A DNA stretch of 64,000 nt, from contig NMRA01000075.1 in NCBI GenBank assembly GCA_002633005.1, positions 547,950-611,949 on the forward strand, written 5' to 3'. Made by a program: the position numbers and the translations under genes. A model generated the notes under the pieces. The model was not told the origin of the DNA and searched no databases. It worked only from the letters and a program-made list of their open reading frames with translations. The first letter of the stretch is position 1, and the number at the start of each line of letters is the position of its first letter. Shown here one piece after another: positions 27,258-39,335 of the stretch. The DNA is from Phoronis australis. Its lineage: Eukaryota > Animalia > Phoronida.

Positions 27258-27680
27258 NNNNNNNNNNNNNNNNNNNNNNNNNNNNNNNNNNNNNNNNNNN
27301 NNNNNNNNNNNNNNNNNNNNNNNNNNNNNNNNNNNNNNNNNNNNNNNNNNNNNNNNNNNNNNNNNNNNNNNNNNNNNNNNNNNNNNNNNNNNNNNNNNNN
27401 NNNNNNNNNNNNNNNNNNNNNNNNNNNNNNNNNNNNNNNNNNNNNNNNNNNNNNNNNNNNNNNNNNNNNNNNNNNNNNNNNNNNNNNNNNNNNNNNNNNN
27501 NNNNNNNNNNNNNNNNNNNNNNNNNNNNNNNNNNNNNNNNNNNNNNNNNNNNNNNNNNNNNNNNNNNNNNNNNNNNNNNNNNNNNNNNNNNNNNNNNNNN
27601 NNNNNNNNNNNNNNNNNNNNNNNNNNNNNNNNNNNNNNNNNNNNNNNNNNNNNNNNNNNNNNNNNTCCCTCCCTCTCCCT
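27200..27680. repeat. (CT)n microsatellite spanning assembly gap 27258-27664
   Basis: CT/CCCT repeats on both sides of the N run. Confidence 0.95.
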
Positions 27681-28605
27681 GTCTGACGAACGATACAAAG
27701 CTTTCATAATTTTGGAAGAGTCGAAACAGAAGCGAGTATCAATTACCAGAAATAAAACCCAGTTGGCATCGCAATAATTATGTGCCAGTTCCTGTGCGCA
27801 ATCGGCATTCGAAGAAATGAAATCAACGTGGCCATTATTTGCGACCACGTTTTCACAGCCAGAGTATAAATTTGTGTTACAGACTTGCAGTTCGAGACAT
27901 ATGAATATTACTCGACACTAAAGTGATAAGGAAATTTAATGGTGCTTCAATAAAAGACTACATATAACCATTCAGGAATGTCAGCTCTGAAGTCAGGACT
28001 GTACGTAAACTGAGTAGGCTCAGACTCAGCTTCACCCTTCAAAGACATCGATGCGGGGAGGGTCGAGTCCGTACAGTCTCAAACACGCAGAGTTGGCCGG
28101 TAGGGCGATGCCTAACTTATTACCTATTTCAGCTATGGCCTGAGTGTCGCTTCACCACCATCTCCATACCTGTCTTCGTAATACTTGTCAAGCTCGCTTT
28201 GTGAGTCTTTGTAACGAATAAAATCACTGCTATCCGTCATTGCATACACGATTCACGTAAACTGATCAACGTCTGATGACATCATGTGGAAAAAAACAAA
28301 ATCTCATTGATTTTTATTTAAATTTCAAAATACCTCAATATTCCCAAATTTAGTGTTTGTTTAATTAGACATTATGTTATAAAATTATTACAACCGGTCT
28401 AAAATCCCAAAAAGTGCAAACATCCATTGTTAGAGCCCTTTACATGTACGTACATGTACATGTAAGTGTCGCTGTCTTAAGTTCACAGACTGCAGTATTT
28501 TTCGTTGCAAAAATGTGTGGTCTTCACCTTCGAATTGCAATAGTGCAAGACAACGTCTCTACGTGTATATCCAGTCTTTGGAGTCAATGCCCATCTCTTT
28601 TTACA

Positions 28606-28696
28606 TGTATGTTTTAGTACACCGTATGTCCCTGTATGTTTTAGTACACCGTATGTCCCTGTATGTTTTAGTACACCGTATGTCCCTGTATGTTTC
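28606..28696. repeat. 27-bp minisatellite, ~3.3 copies
   Basis: Unit TGTATGTTTTAGTACACCGTATGTCCC repeated perfectly. Confidence 0.95.
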
Positions 28697-30949
28697 CGCC
28701 AAACCCGTCATTCCGTCAATCTAGACACTCATGACTTTCGTCACGGTTAGTTCATTCCCTGTCGTCACTGTTAAATTGTCATCTAGACCATTCTCTTCCT
28801 TATCTTGGCTCGCATAGGGGGTCTTGTCCTTCCGGTAATCTCAAGTTCCAACAAGTCTCTTGTGCATCAAGGCCACTTGCATGCACTTGATGTAACAACA
28901 TTCATACCTGAAAACTTCGAAAGTTTATAGAAACCCTGGCTGCAATTTCATTTTGATTACATTTATGCGACAATTTGTACTTATAAGGTCTACAAAAACT
29001 GTCGCAATTTGAGGGTTACGTCGCCTTGCACATTTGCAACAATTTACGCTTCGAAGTTGTGCACTAACAGAGGCAAGTTTTGGACCTCAACTGCTTGTGT
29101 GTGCAGATTCCACAGCCTGAAAATGACGTTAGTGTTGTTCCCATATCAAGGCTGTCAATAGTTGCAAAGTTAATTGGGCGTTTACCTGTAAATTCAACGG
29201 AAGAACAACGATCGTATTACTAATATGATTGCTAATGATTCTTGCTCGTGTAATTTGATTCCAGCTAGGAACAAGAGGTTAATAGATCTTGGGGGTCCTC
29301 CTTGGAGTTCATCGTACCAAAATAATCCTTAATAGCTTATCTTTCGGAAATCAGTAATGAAACTCTTTCAGAATCGTTAGCACTTTCACATATCGATTTA
29401 TTACTTTTTCTTCTATGACTTGATGAAATATTTATAGTTCACTCGTTTTCAAGATGTTCATTTTCAGTAAAAAATCAAGTTTTTGTGGATGAACTGTAGA
29501 AAGTGTCGAAAAGTTTAGATCGCCGTAAATATTAACATTAGCCAATCAAAGAACAAGGAAACAGTTGGTTGCAAGACTACTCTAAGATGGCCGCTTCCTG
29601 TTTTGGTATTGGCTTCTGCTCACGACTTCAAATTTATGGGAGCTCATGTGTCTGCTGGCACTGTAATATACCTCTTTTGTAATGTGTGGCATACATTGTA
29701 AGTGTAGGAGGCTCCTGCTACGTATTCTATGATGTTAATGATACCTTTTAGAATCTAAACTAGGCTTTGCGAACTGCCAAGAAGTTGCGGAGCAAGATAC
29801 TCTGGGATGTAGTTCGGGGGAGTACTTTAGTTCACTGTTACATGAAAAGGTAGTAAGGTCTTGCGCATGTTAGAGTAAGAAGTGACTACCTGTGGGGTAG
29901 TGCTATTATCTCAAGTATCCATTTTCCTGTCGTGAAGATGTTGCATTAGTGTGAATCTTGACTGTGCCACAGTTATAAGAAAGGTCATTTGTCTCTGGAA
30001 CCGCACAATCACTGATTGCTGGCAAATGTCATTCCGTGTGTAGAGTAACGGCTAAGCTAATGCTACTGAAGATTTTATAAATATCAATCTATATTTTTCA
30101 TTCAATTGTAAAGAAAATTAATTAAGATTAATCATGAGACGAAAGAATAAATACAGGTGGGTAATTCTTAAATTCGTTCCAACCTAAAGACGTCTCCTAC
30201 CAAACTCGCCTTCCATGTGCTTTTTTGGGGTCTGGAAGACATTCGTGAAAAGTATGAATTTGCTAAAACAAGTATATTAGATGACATTGAGTTTCATACA
30301 GCGGAAGGCTTTAAGCCCAATTTTCCGAATTATGTGCATAACGACTAATTATGGAAACGTTTAATAATTTCATTGTCATTAATTTGATATTCAGGTAAAT
30401 CATGGTTTCTCATTGCTTTCGCAAAGAATAAATGTCTCCTTTCGTTTATGGAAAAATCTTTAACGTTGTATAAATTAAAGACCTATGGTCCGAGTTATAG
30501 AAGAAAAATGTCTTAACGCCGTTTTTTGGTGTGACATGCAGTTATAAAGGTAATTAACTTTCAACGCGTGCACAAATTTTGAAAAAAAAATCGTTGTAAA
30601 TACCATAAACGAATGATATGTTTACAAAGAGTAAAAATACGATATTTTTTATAAATACGTTTATTTACCAAGAAATCATATCCTTAATGAATAGTAGATA
30701 CGGCTGGTGTTGCGTAGCCCCGACTACATATCTTTACAACTTAATAGATTATAATACACTGTACATCATATTAATTGAACACATAAGTACTTGGAAAATA
30801 CTCCAAATGATTGGGCGACTAACTACGTGTAGCCGAGAATAATATAAAAAGGGGGGGCAGGAAGGGGAAGGACTTTCATTCACTCATTCACACTCACATT
30901 CACACAGTTTAATCAACTTATGTTTACATTAACGTAGGTGCATATTTGT

Positions 30950-31790
30950 GAAAAGGTCAATTTTCTTATAATACAACAGAATTGGTTAAAAATAACACGT
31001 ATACATGTATTGTTTGAATCATTTTAAAGAGAAGCCTATAAAACCCTCCATGGTTCTGAAGTTTTATACGAGGCATTAAATACAATGACGTTCACTGCGT
31101 CAAAAAGTATAAATCTAAATTTCTAAACTTATCAAAACAAGGTTGAGACCCATCTCTCGATGACGTATAAATATAATGTTGGGCATGAGTGTATATGGTA
31201 TTGAAGATTTAAGTTAGATTGCCAAAGAAGCAAACTAAGAAGTGGTACATACATGGCTCAGTGAGTAAATTAAAAACTTTACTTATGAAATGATGTAAAG
31301 AATTCCAGAAACGTTTAACACTGAAGCAGCTATAAACATATTCTGAAAAGTCTGGACTTCGCCACAGTAGGGACATTGGTCTGTTTGTGAAATACCAAAC
31401 ATTTTGTTTGTATAAAATCTTTTGTAAATCAAAAAGTATTTAAACATTGTCAAATTAGGTTTTATGGGGAGATTGAAAGGGGGATTATATATTTCTTTAA
31501 TTTCAGCGTCTGTGTAATAGTTGAGTAAAACGCATAATTATCTGGTTTTACAGAAAACTTGATCCATGAATTGGAACTATTAAAGAATAAAAATCTAATG
31601 TTATTACAACTAACAATCCTTCTATCCGACAAAATTAGAACTTTCTTCAAGGTCGTTGTAGTGGAAGAAAATGGTTTGATAGACGTATCCCTTAAGTTAT
31701 AATTTTTCTTAATGCTTTCCCATTTAAGAAGTTTGTTCTGGCTATCTAAAAATCTTCACAAAATATGAGGCCTGCATTGTACAGATCTTG
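30950..31790 (-). mobile_element. Decayed L1/Tx1-type LINE ORF2 C-terminal fragment
   Basis: Frameshifted translation gives YNAGLIFCEDF..NKLLKWESIKKNYNL and KRFYTNKMFGISQTDQCPYCGEVQTFQ.MF../CFSVKRFWNSL, a zf-RVT-like CCHC finger. Confidence 0.65.
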
Positions 31791-31946
31791 GTAAAATAAT
31801 GATTTACAGTTAACAGTTAAGTTACAATTGTTCCATATTACATGTACTTGTTTGGCTACTGCTACTTCCTTGAAAATTTCAGGATTTTTATAGACCGTAT
31901 TTTTAATGGATGCAAACATTACAACAACGCATGCGCAGCCATAGAT

Positions 31947-32735
31947 CTAGAGGTCACCAGAAATACAAATGACGGAGACTAGTAGGTTTATGTAGTGCAC
32001 GTTCGAAGGCGAACGCAGTAGTCCTGCTCTACGAGATTCAGAAAAAGACGTGTTAGCCAGTACAAAAAGCGGAATTACCAACAAACCGTGTACCTGTAAG
32101 CGACTTGTTCGATAGGTGGGAAACAATGAGGACAAGACAGAATTTTTCGAACTCATGAAAGTTTTACAAGGCTTTCGATGGACAAGTATAAGCTGAAGGA
32201 AGTGTGATATTTGTGAAATGTTCAGTGACTCGTATACACGGTTAGAGCATTCACTGATGGGTAACTGATCTCAGTCAGCATACATCACCCTAATCATTTT
32301 GAATAGCCTCAATTCGATCAGCTGTTGAGTTTTTGTCCTGCGATTTGTTGCGCTTACTAATACTAGTACTGATTCATGCTGACCCGGATTAATTACTGCT
32401 AAGGCTCTTTCATCGTAATGTCGACGCGTCAATGTTGTTGCAGTCAGTATGAACGGTTAACTTCGGTCCTGAATCGAAGTTAACTGACACAGTTAACTTC
32501 GCAGTAGACAAGCGGATCGTCGACGCTGCAGTGCAGTATGAATGGTCAACTTCGATTACATCGAAGTTATCATCAGGGGCCACTGTTATCATCAACAATT
32601 ACAGTGTAATTTCGTCGCTAATAGCTGCTCATACTTTGCTCGAATAGTCACCAATCGAATTGGAAGTAGGTTTTTGTGTCATTTAGCACATAACCATGTT
32701 CCGATATTGCCACATTAAAAATCCTAACGTGCAAG
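31947..32735 (-). pseudogene. Degenerate Kolobok-like transposase N-terminal region
   Basis: Two HCF-1-binding-like motifs (EHGY ~32700, DHSY ~32540), then LYLSIESLVKL..CPHC, GTRFVGNSAFCTG*HVFF*IS and INLLVSVICISG. This resembles the CxxC...C..GH.F.W.S...NLL..I..SG zinc-binding block of Kolobok transposases. Confidence 0.45.
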
Positions 32736-33179
32736 TGTTGCATTTGCACTACGTTGTGATTACTTCGATGGCAAGATCGTAAGCTACAGTTTACTTAGAC
32801 ATCCGTTAACTACCGAAGCCGGTATTAGCGGTTTAATTAACTTTGTAGTTCATGTCGACACTGTGCTCAGACCGGAGTTATGTAAGTATGAAAGGGTTTT
32901 TAGATCGATTTCAACTAGCAAAACAATGTAGCAGTTGGTGTAAAGAATTGTCGTGGGAGAGGGGGGAGACGTTTGTAGGATGTGTTAGGGACTTCAACTG
33001 GCCATGCCAATAGCTTTATTAGAAAGCTCATATCCCTGTTGGTCGTACTGAGTACAGTGTGGGGGGAAGTGTTGGTCAAGATGGCTATACTTGAGGATGT
33101 CTAATTAGTTTTGCTTTATTTTTTCCACTTACGAGAATACTGACTACCTACATGGACCCATGGAACCGTAAGTTGATCT

Positions 33180-35529
33180 CTAGTCCCGTTTAGACATCAA
33201 CTTTTGGCCCGACGCAACTGATACGGAGCAAATTGATCGGTGTCAAGCGTCCGTTTACACACACAACTCACTAACTGATCGAGGCAAGATGGAAACTGTA
33301 GGATGGAGACTGTATCACACATGGGCAGGTTTACAAATCACGGGAGTTGGAGAGACAAAGAACCGGTACTGAGGTCATTACACAAGCGCAGTAGAGATGA
33401 TCCTTTCCGCCTTGCCCCAGTTACGCGTTTAGACACACAATTGACACGGAGCAAGATGTTCTAGCGCAAATTGCTCTACCTCACAAGCAGATGGCAAAAG
33501 TTTTCACCGCGCCGGTGTCAATTTTGTCCCGTTTACACACATACTTACACTAAAACAACTTGTTCCTTGTCAGCTGATCCGTGTCAACATGTGTAGTGTA
33601 AACGGCACTTCTCTTATTTCATTAAGTTTTAAGAGAAAGAATAGGTGTGCCATACTTATTCAGTTATTGATGGTCACTTTTATCTGCACTTCCATCTTAG
33701 ACTGTGCAGGTTAGGAGAAAATGCTTACTTGCAGTCTGCATGGTCCAGGCACATTCCTTGAACCCACAACCTCAAAAAATTAACCAATCAAGTGACGTGA
33801 TTGAAGTGCAAATATTTATGTTTTCCCGTGTCATGGAATTGCTCAATTTTCCGTTGTGTATCAAATACAGAGTTTAGGCTATGGGCTCTAATGTAAATCT
33901 TAATTTTCATCAATTATAAGTCTCTTACGTCTGTACAAACTTCTTTTGAAGAGTCCCAGACTGGTCAAAGAAGCAGATCACCTGAGGAAACCTTGAGGTA
34001 TTGTGTCAATTATATCCTTAATATCTCATGGAGTGACATTTCATATTTTATTCAACTCACAACTCAGAATCCTAACCAAGGCTATCACTGTTTCGTTTAC
34101 AGTATTTAAACTTTCCTTGTTTAAAGCATGTTCAATTTTTATTCAGGGATTCGTCCAGAATATGGAAAATAGGGTGCCCAAAATTGGTTTCCCTATATTT
34201 CAGGGTGTACGTGATTCCGACGACACATTACTCCTACCTCCGTGCACCACCAACCCCCACACAGTGATTTTTTTACAAAAATACGTGGATCAAAGCGTTT
34301 ACATCTGCGTTTTCAAAATAACCCCTTGTAGCGAGCCTTTTTGACTTAAAAAANCTAGTCCCGTTTAGACATCAACTTTTGGCCCGACGCAACTGATACG
34401 GAGCAAATTGATCGGTGTCAAGCGTCCGTTTACACACACAACTCACTAACTGATCGAGGCAAGATGGAAACTGTAGGATGGAGACTGTATCACACATGGG
34501 CAGGTTTACAAATCACGGGAGTTGGAGAGACAAAGAACCGGTACTGAGGTCATTACACAAGCGCAGTAGAGATGATCCTTTCCGCCTTGCCCCAGTTACG
34601 CGTTTAGACACACAATTGACACGGAGCAAGATGTTCTAGCGCAAATTGCTCTACCTCACAAGCAGATGGCAAAAGTTTTCACCGCGCCGGTGTCAATTTT
34701 GTCCCGTTTACACACATACTTACACTAAAACAACTTGTTCCTTGTCAGCTGATCCGTGTCAACATGTGTAGTGTAAACGGCACTTCTCTTATTTCATTAA
34801 GTTTTAAGAGAAAGAATAGGTGTGCCATACTTATTCAGTTATTGATGGTCACTTTTATCTGTACTTCCATCTTAGACTGTGCAGGTTAGGAGAAAATGCT
34901 TACTTGCAGTCTGCATGGTCCAGGCACATTACTTGAACCCACAACCTCAAAAAATTAACCAATCAAGTGACGTGATTGGAGTGCAAATATTTATGTTTTC
35001 CCATGTCATGGAATTGCTCAATTTTCAGTTGTGTATCAAATACAGAGATTAAGCTATGGGCTCTAATGTAAATCTTAATTTTCATCAATTATAAGTCTCT
35101 TACGTCTGTACAAACTTCTTTTGAAGAGTCCCAGACTGGTCAAAGAAGCAGATCACCTGAGGAAACCTTGAGGTATTGTGTCATTTATATCCTTAATATC
35201 TCATGGAGTGACATTTCATATTTTATTCAACTTACAACTCAGCATCCTAACCAAAGCTATCACTGTTTCGTTTACAGTATTTAAACTTTCCTTGTTTAAA
35301 GCATGTTCAATTTTTATTCAGGGATTCGTCCAGAATATCGAAAATAGGGTGCCCAAAATGGGTTTCCCTATATTTCAGGGTGTACATGATTCCGACGACA
35401 CATTACTCCTACCTCCGTGCACCACCAACCCCCACACAGTGATTTCTTTACAAAAATACGTGGATCAAAGCGTTTACATCTGCGTTTTCAAAATAACCCC
35501 TTGTAGCGAGCTTTTTTGACTTAAAAAAC
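33180..35529 (+). repeat. 1175-bp tandem duplication joined by a single n (34354)
   Basis: The second copy restarts at CTAGTCCCGTTT. The copies are near-identical with scattered substitutions (ORFs 34003 and 35178 differ at a few residues). Confidence 0.95.
33182..33609. mobile_element. Harbinger-like MITE (second copy 34357-34784)
   Basis: TIRs AGTCCCGTTTAGAC / GTGTAAACGGCACT, internal CGTTTA(C/G)ACAC repeats, and a 3-bp TCT on both flanks. Confidence 0.7.
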
Positions 35530-35589
35530 TATTTGGACTTTTACATTTAAATTTATGAATACAGTCAAGCAGCTTACCAGTCAAATATT

Positions 35590-35937
35590 AGTCAGAGATA
35601 TTTTTAAATCAGCCATCTTGAACCGGAAGTCAACGATTTTCTGCACACTTGTGGCACATGGGTTCTAATATATTCGTACCGATTTTCAGCCATGTAGGTC
35701 GAAAAATGCGGCCTTTACGAGCATTTGACTGTGAAATCGGATACAAAATGGCCGCCACGTCAGCCATTTTGTATTCGATCATGACAAAAAACAATAGGCT
35801 TCCAGGACTTTCCGATCTACACGTCGTGTGAAAATTTCGTGAAAATCGGACTAAAATTGCGACCTGTAGAGTGCGAACAAACAAAAAAAACTTGCTGTCA
35901 GATCAACATACTTGGCGGAAGAATTCCGCCAAGTAAT
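35590..35937 (+). mobile_element. Helentron/HINE (pearl-like) non-autonomous element; related copy ~47130-47410
   Basis: Core AAAATGGCCGC...GCCAT(T/C)TTG..AATTGCGACCTGTA and an (AACA)/A-rich tract are shared with 47250-47400. Perfect 12-bp 3' hairpin TACTTGGCGGAA-gaa-TTCCGCCAAGTA (35909-35935). Confidence 0.6.
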
Positions 35938-38542
35938 GATGAGTGCACTCCCCAGATGATGTGTGGCAACAGGTGTCACTGCTGTTCCATATTAAAACGT
36001 GAAAATGCGCATTGAAATACATGAAACAGTGTTTCGTTTGAGATATTTATATTAGGTTTGTGTAAACCCTACTTCAGTGTGATGTTTTTATTTTAACGTA
36101 TCAGGGCTTTGGAGGATGTCCCGTTGAGCAAGGAACAGTTGTAATGTAACTGATTTACATGGGCAAACTTTCAACTTGCTTACAACTGTAGTATAACTGC
36201 TGCTTGTTAAAATTCTGTGTATCGTTTTGGTGTGGGGAGCAATCAAGATTTCCAAAAACCTTATTTTGAAAATTTGCCTTTGTACGATTCCATCTGACGA
36301 TTCAATGGCACTGTTTCAAATTCATATATGCAGGTCTGAGTTTTCGGTGCAGAGGCCTCAGAATGAATCTTAAACTGAATGTCTTCTTACCAAGGTCGCT
36401 ATTGTTATCTTGCAGGCATTCAGAGCTGTTGTTCACCCTTGTCCTTATCTTCTTTGTCACCTGCATCCTCACAATATGGATCAAAGGTTTGTGTCTGCTC
36501 TTGTAAAGACTCTATGCTTTATTGGAATTTAAAGTAGATATACATGTAAGCAATGCGTTCTGTCACGAAAACTAACCGTTCATTAAGACCATGTATCATT
36601 AGTATGATATTGATCTTAAATGGTTCCTTGATAAAAATAGGTGTGAATTTTGGGCTTGAAAATATCCAGCGATTTGTTAATACTTGAGAGTTTCTTTAGA
36701 TTGACGTGTCACAACATGCCCTTTCATTCTCCTGACATGGTCACAGCCACAATGAACTTACAGGTCTTCACAAGACCAAGCATTATTTCTCATTTGAACG
36801 TGGAAAGTGGTTAAAATCAGTTGAGTTGCGTCCATAGCAGGGTTTATAGCCACAGCAATTGTTTTGCGAAAATGCAACTCTATTGTCTCTCAATGTAGCT
36901 TTCTTATTGCTTATTAAAAGACGATAATTGTATGACCATTGTTTGGGCTTGATAAAACAGTTGTGTGGTAACGTCATATTCATGCAACGGCTGCTGACTA
37001 GCACCTGGGACTTAATCATGTTGCCATGAGTTCAATTTCAGTCTTATAACTCTAGGATCCACGTTAACCATTAAGTGTTTTGCAATGGCCATCAAAAGTT
37101 ATGATGCGATGAAGACTTACATGTACATGTATACCAGGAGTCAAATGGAAATACGTGCATTAGTTCTTGCATCATCTTTCTAACTTGACACCTCTCACAC
37201 TTGTTGATACTAGCCTTCAGTCGGTGGCATCAATACAGTTATCATTACTTGTAACCAATGGTGGTTTTTTGCACTGTATCTTTTGCACAGTAGCTTGACG
37301 TGGATATACATGTATACTGTTAACCATACAAAAGGACACAACTATATTTTTCATCTTACTCATTTACCGTAAAACATATAAGTCTGATATTTTACATTTT
37401 ACATATGTAAACCAACAATGATTGATCTCTCTTTGCCTACATGTGATTCAAAAACTGTGATACAGAACCCGATTTGTAATTGAAGTGTTCATGTAAGTTG
37501 GTTCATGTTGAGTCTATCAGCCATCATCATTTGCTTTTGTTGATCCACTTGGATGTGTGAATTGACTAAGTAACTAAAATAAATGTGTCCATGACTTCAA
37601 ACATATTTTGATTAATTACATGTCATGAAGCAACTCTTGTTGGCTTTACATTTCTCTTTCGAATTACTGCAGTAAAATGCATTTGATATTGTACAAGTTA
37701 AACTTTGGCACTGAAAATTCATTTTTTTCGTTAATATGATTATGTCATTGCTGTTAAAGCTGTTATAAACCTGCCTTCCTTATATTAAACCAAACCTTGA
37801 TTTTTGCTATTCATTGTGTCGGCCCATTCCTTACTCAAAGTACAAGTCATTCCTGCAATTAGAAACAACTAACAGTCCGTTACAGCTCAAGCCTCAGTTT
37901 ATCAATTTAGCTTGAAACAGCATGTCATTTTTTGTAGGTGAATTTGTTACAAGCCAGGAAACCCCTCACTTGGGTAACGAAAGTTACTGATAGGAGGTCT
38001 GATGCGAAAAATGGTGTAAATCAAAAGTTACTTTATTGTTGACGGAATGTTGGTTTGTAGCAACTTTACTAATTCTGTGTCAATACATTTAAGTCCTCAT
38101 CCGATTTTCAGTATGAAACTAACAAATTGTATTGGGCATAACTTTTGTTATTAGTACCGCAAAGAAATCACATTTATCTGAGTACTAAGTAGTAGACAAA
38201 ACGCATATATTCATTTGACACATAAAATACAGTGCCTGAGTAAATAACATAATTTGTTTGACTGCAAGCAAAGTAGATAAAGCAGTACGATTTGTGGCAT
38301 AACCTTCGTATTGCGAAAATATGTTGGGGTAGGCGCGTTTGTTGTACGTGTATTTTGTTACTTTGTCAAAGGCCAGCACATAATTACAGTAGACTCTTCC
38401 CAGTTCCTAATTTATGACGAAGAAACCAAAAGTCTTGAATAAAAAATAAAAAAATAAAAATAAAATTTTCTGCATAGCTATGTATAAGCTAAAAAATCCT
38501 TCATTAACTAGTGTACTTCAAAAGCTGAATACCTTATATAAT

Positions 38543-38720
38543 GCGAACAGTTTTTCCAGTCAGCAAACCATCATTTGGTCACATCACGTGACTTAATGAA
38601 TGTAAGTCCGAAATGATTTCTTCCCTCGACGGGACGGAGGCAGAAATCATTTTGGACTGATATTCATTAGGTCATGTGATGTGACCAAAAAATGGTGTGC
38701 TGACGGGACAAACTGTTCGC
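38543..38720. repeat. Long imperfect palindrome (foldback element core)
   Basis: GCGAACAGTTT..GTCAGCA..TTGGTCACATCACGTGACTTAATGAAT..AGTCCGAAATGATTTCT is mirrored by AGAAATCATTTTGGACT..ATTCATTAGGTCATGTGATGTGACCAA..TGCTGAC..AAACTGTTCGC. Confidence 0.85.
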
Positions 38721-38729
38721 GACATTTTT

Positions 38730-39335
38730 TCATCTCATCTTATCTCATCTCATGTAGGCGTTGTCCATCCACTGCAGGATGTAGCCCTCCGACAATGCCT
38801 TCCAAATTTTTCTCTCTCTTGCTGCTCTCATCCATGTTGTGCCTACCGTTTTCACGATGTCATCTCTCCATCTGGCTTGGGGCCGTCCTCTTGATCTCTT
38901 CCCATATCTGGGTTGCCACTCTGTACATCTTTTTGTCCATCTGTTGTCCTGTGCTCTGGCCACGTGTCCGCCCCACCTCCATTTCAATTTAAGAATTGTC
39001 TTGATTATGTCCATGACTCTTGTTTGTTCTCTTATCTCTGTGTGTGGAATCCTGTCTAGTAATTTTATTCCAAGCATTTTCTCTCCATTGCTCTCTGTGT
39101 TGTTGTTAGCTTGGCAATTGTCTGTTTTGTTAAGGTCCATGTTTGGCATCCATAGATGATTGTGGGGATGATGCACTGGTCAAATACTCTTCTTTTCAGG
39201 GATATGGGTTTGTTCTTATCTTGGAATATTTCTCTGTTTTTCCCAAAGCAACTCCATTCAGCTCTTGTTCGGATTTGTATTTCATTGGTCATACGGTTTC
39301 CCATTTGTATACTTTGTCCCAGGTATTTATATTGT
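38730..39335 (-). mobile_element. 5'-truncated RTE-clade non-LTR retrotransposon
   Basis: YKYLG..., YGCQTW and KWRWGGHVAR..DNRWTK..TEWQPR.GKRSRGRP.ARW.DDI across frameshifted ORFs. Has an (ATGAG)n 3' tail and a GACATTTTT target-site duplication (38721-38729, 39336-39344). Confidence 0.92.

Noticed and set aside
27030-27848. Long ORFs spanning N runs (also 17428-17748)
   Set aside because: Artefacts of gaps and microsatellites.
28606-28696. Possible CRISPR-like array
   Set aside because: Head-to-tail 27-bp units with no spacers, in a eukaryotic context.
34003-35519. Duplicated 113-aa ORFs as paralogous genes
   Set aside because: Non-ATG starts, no motifs, and they lie inside a probable assembly duplication.
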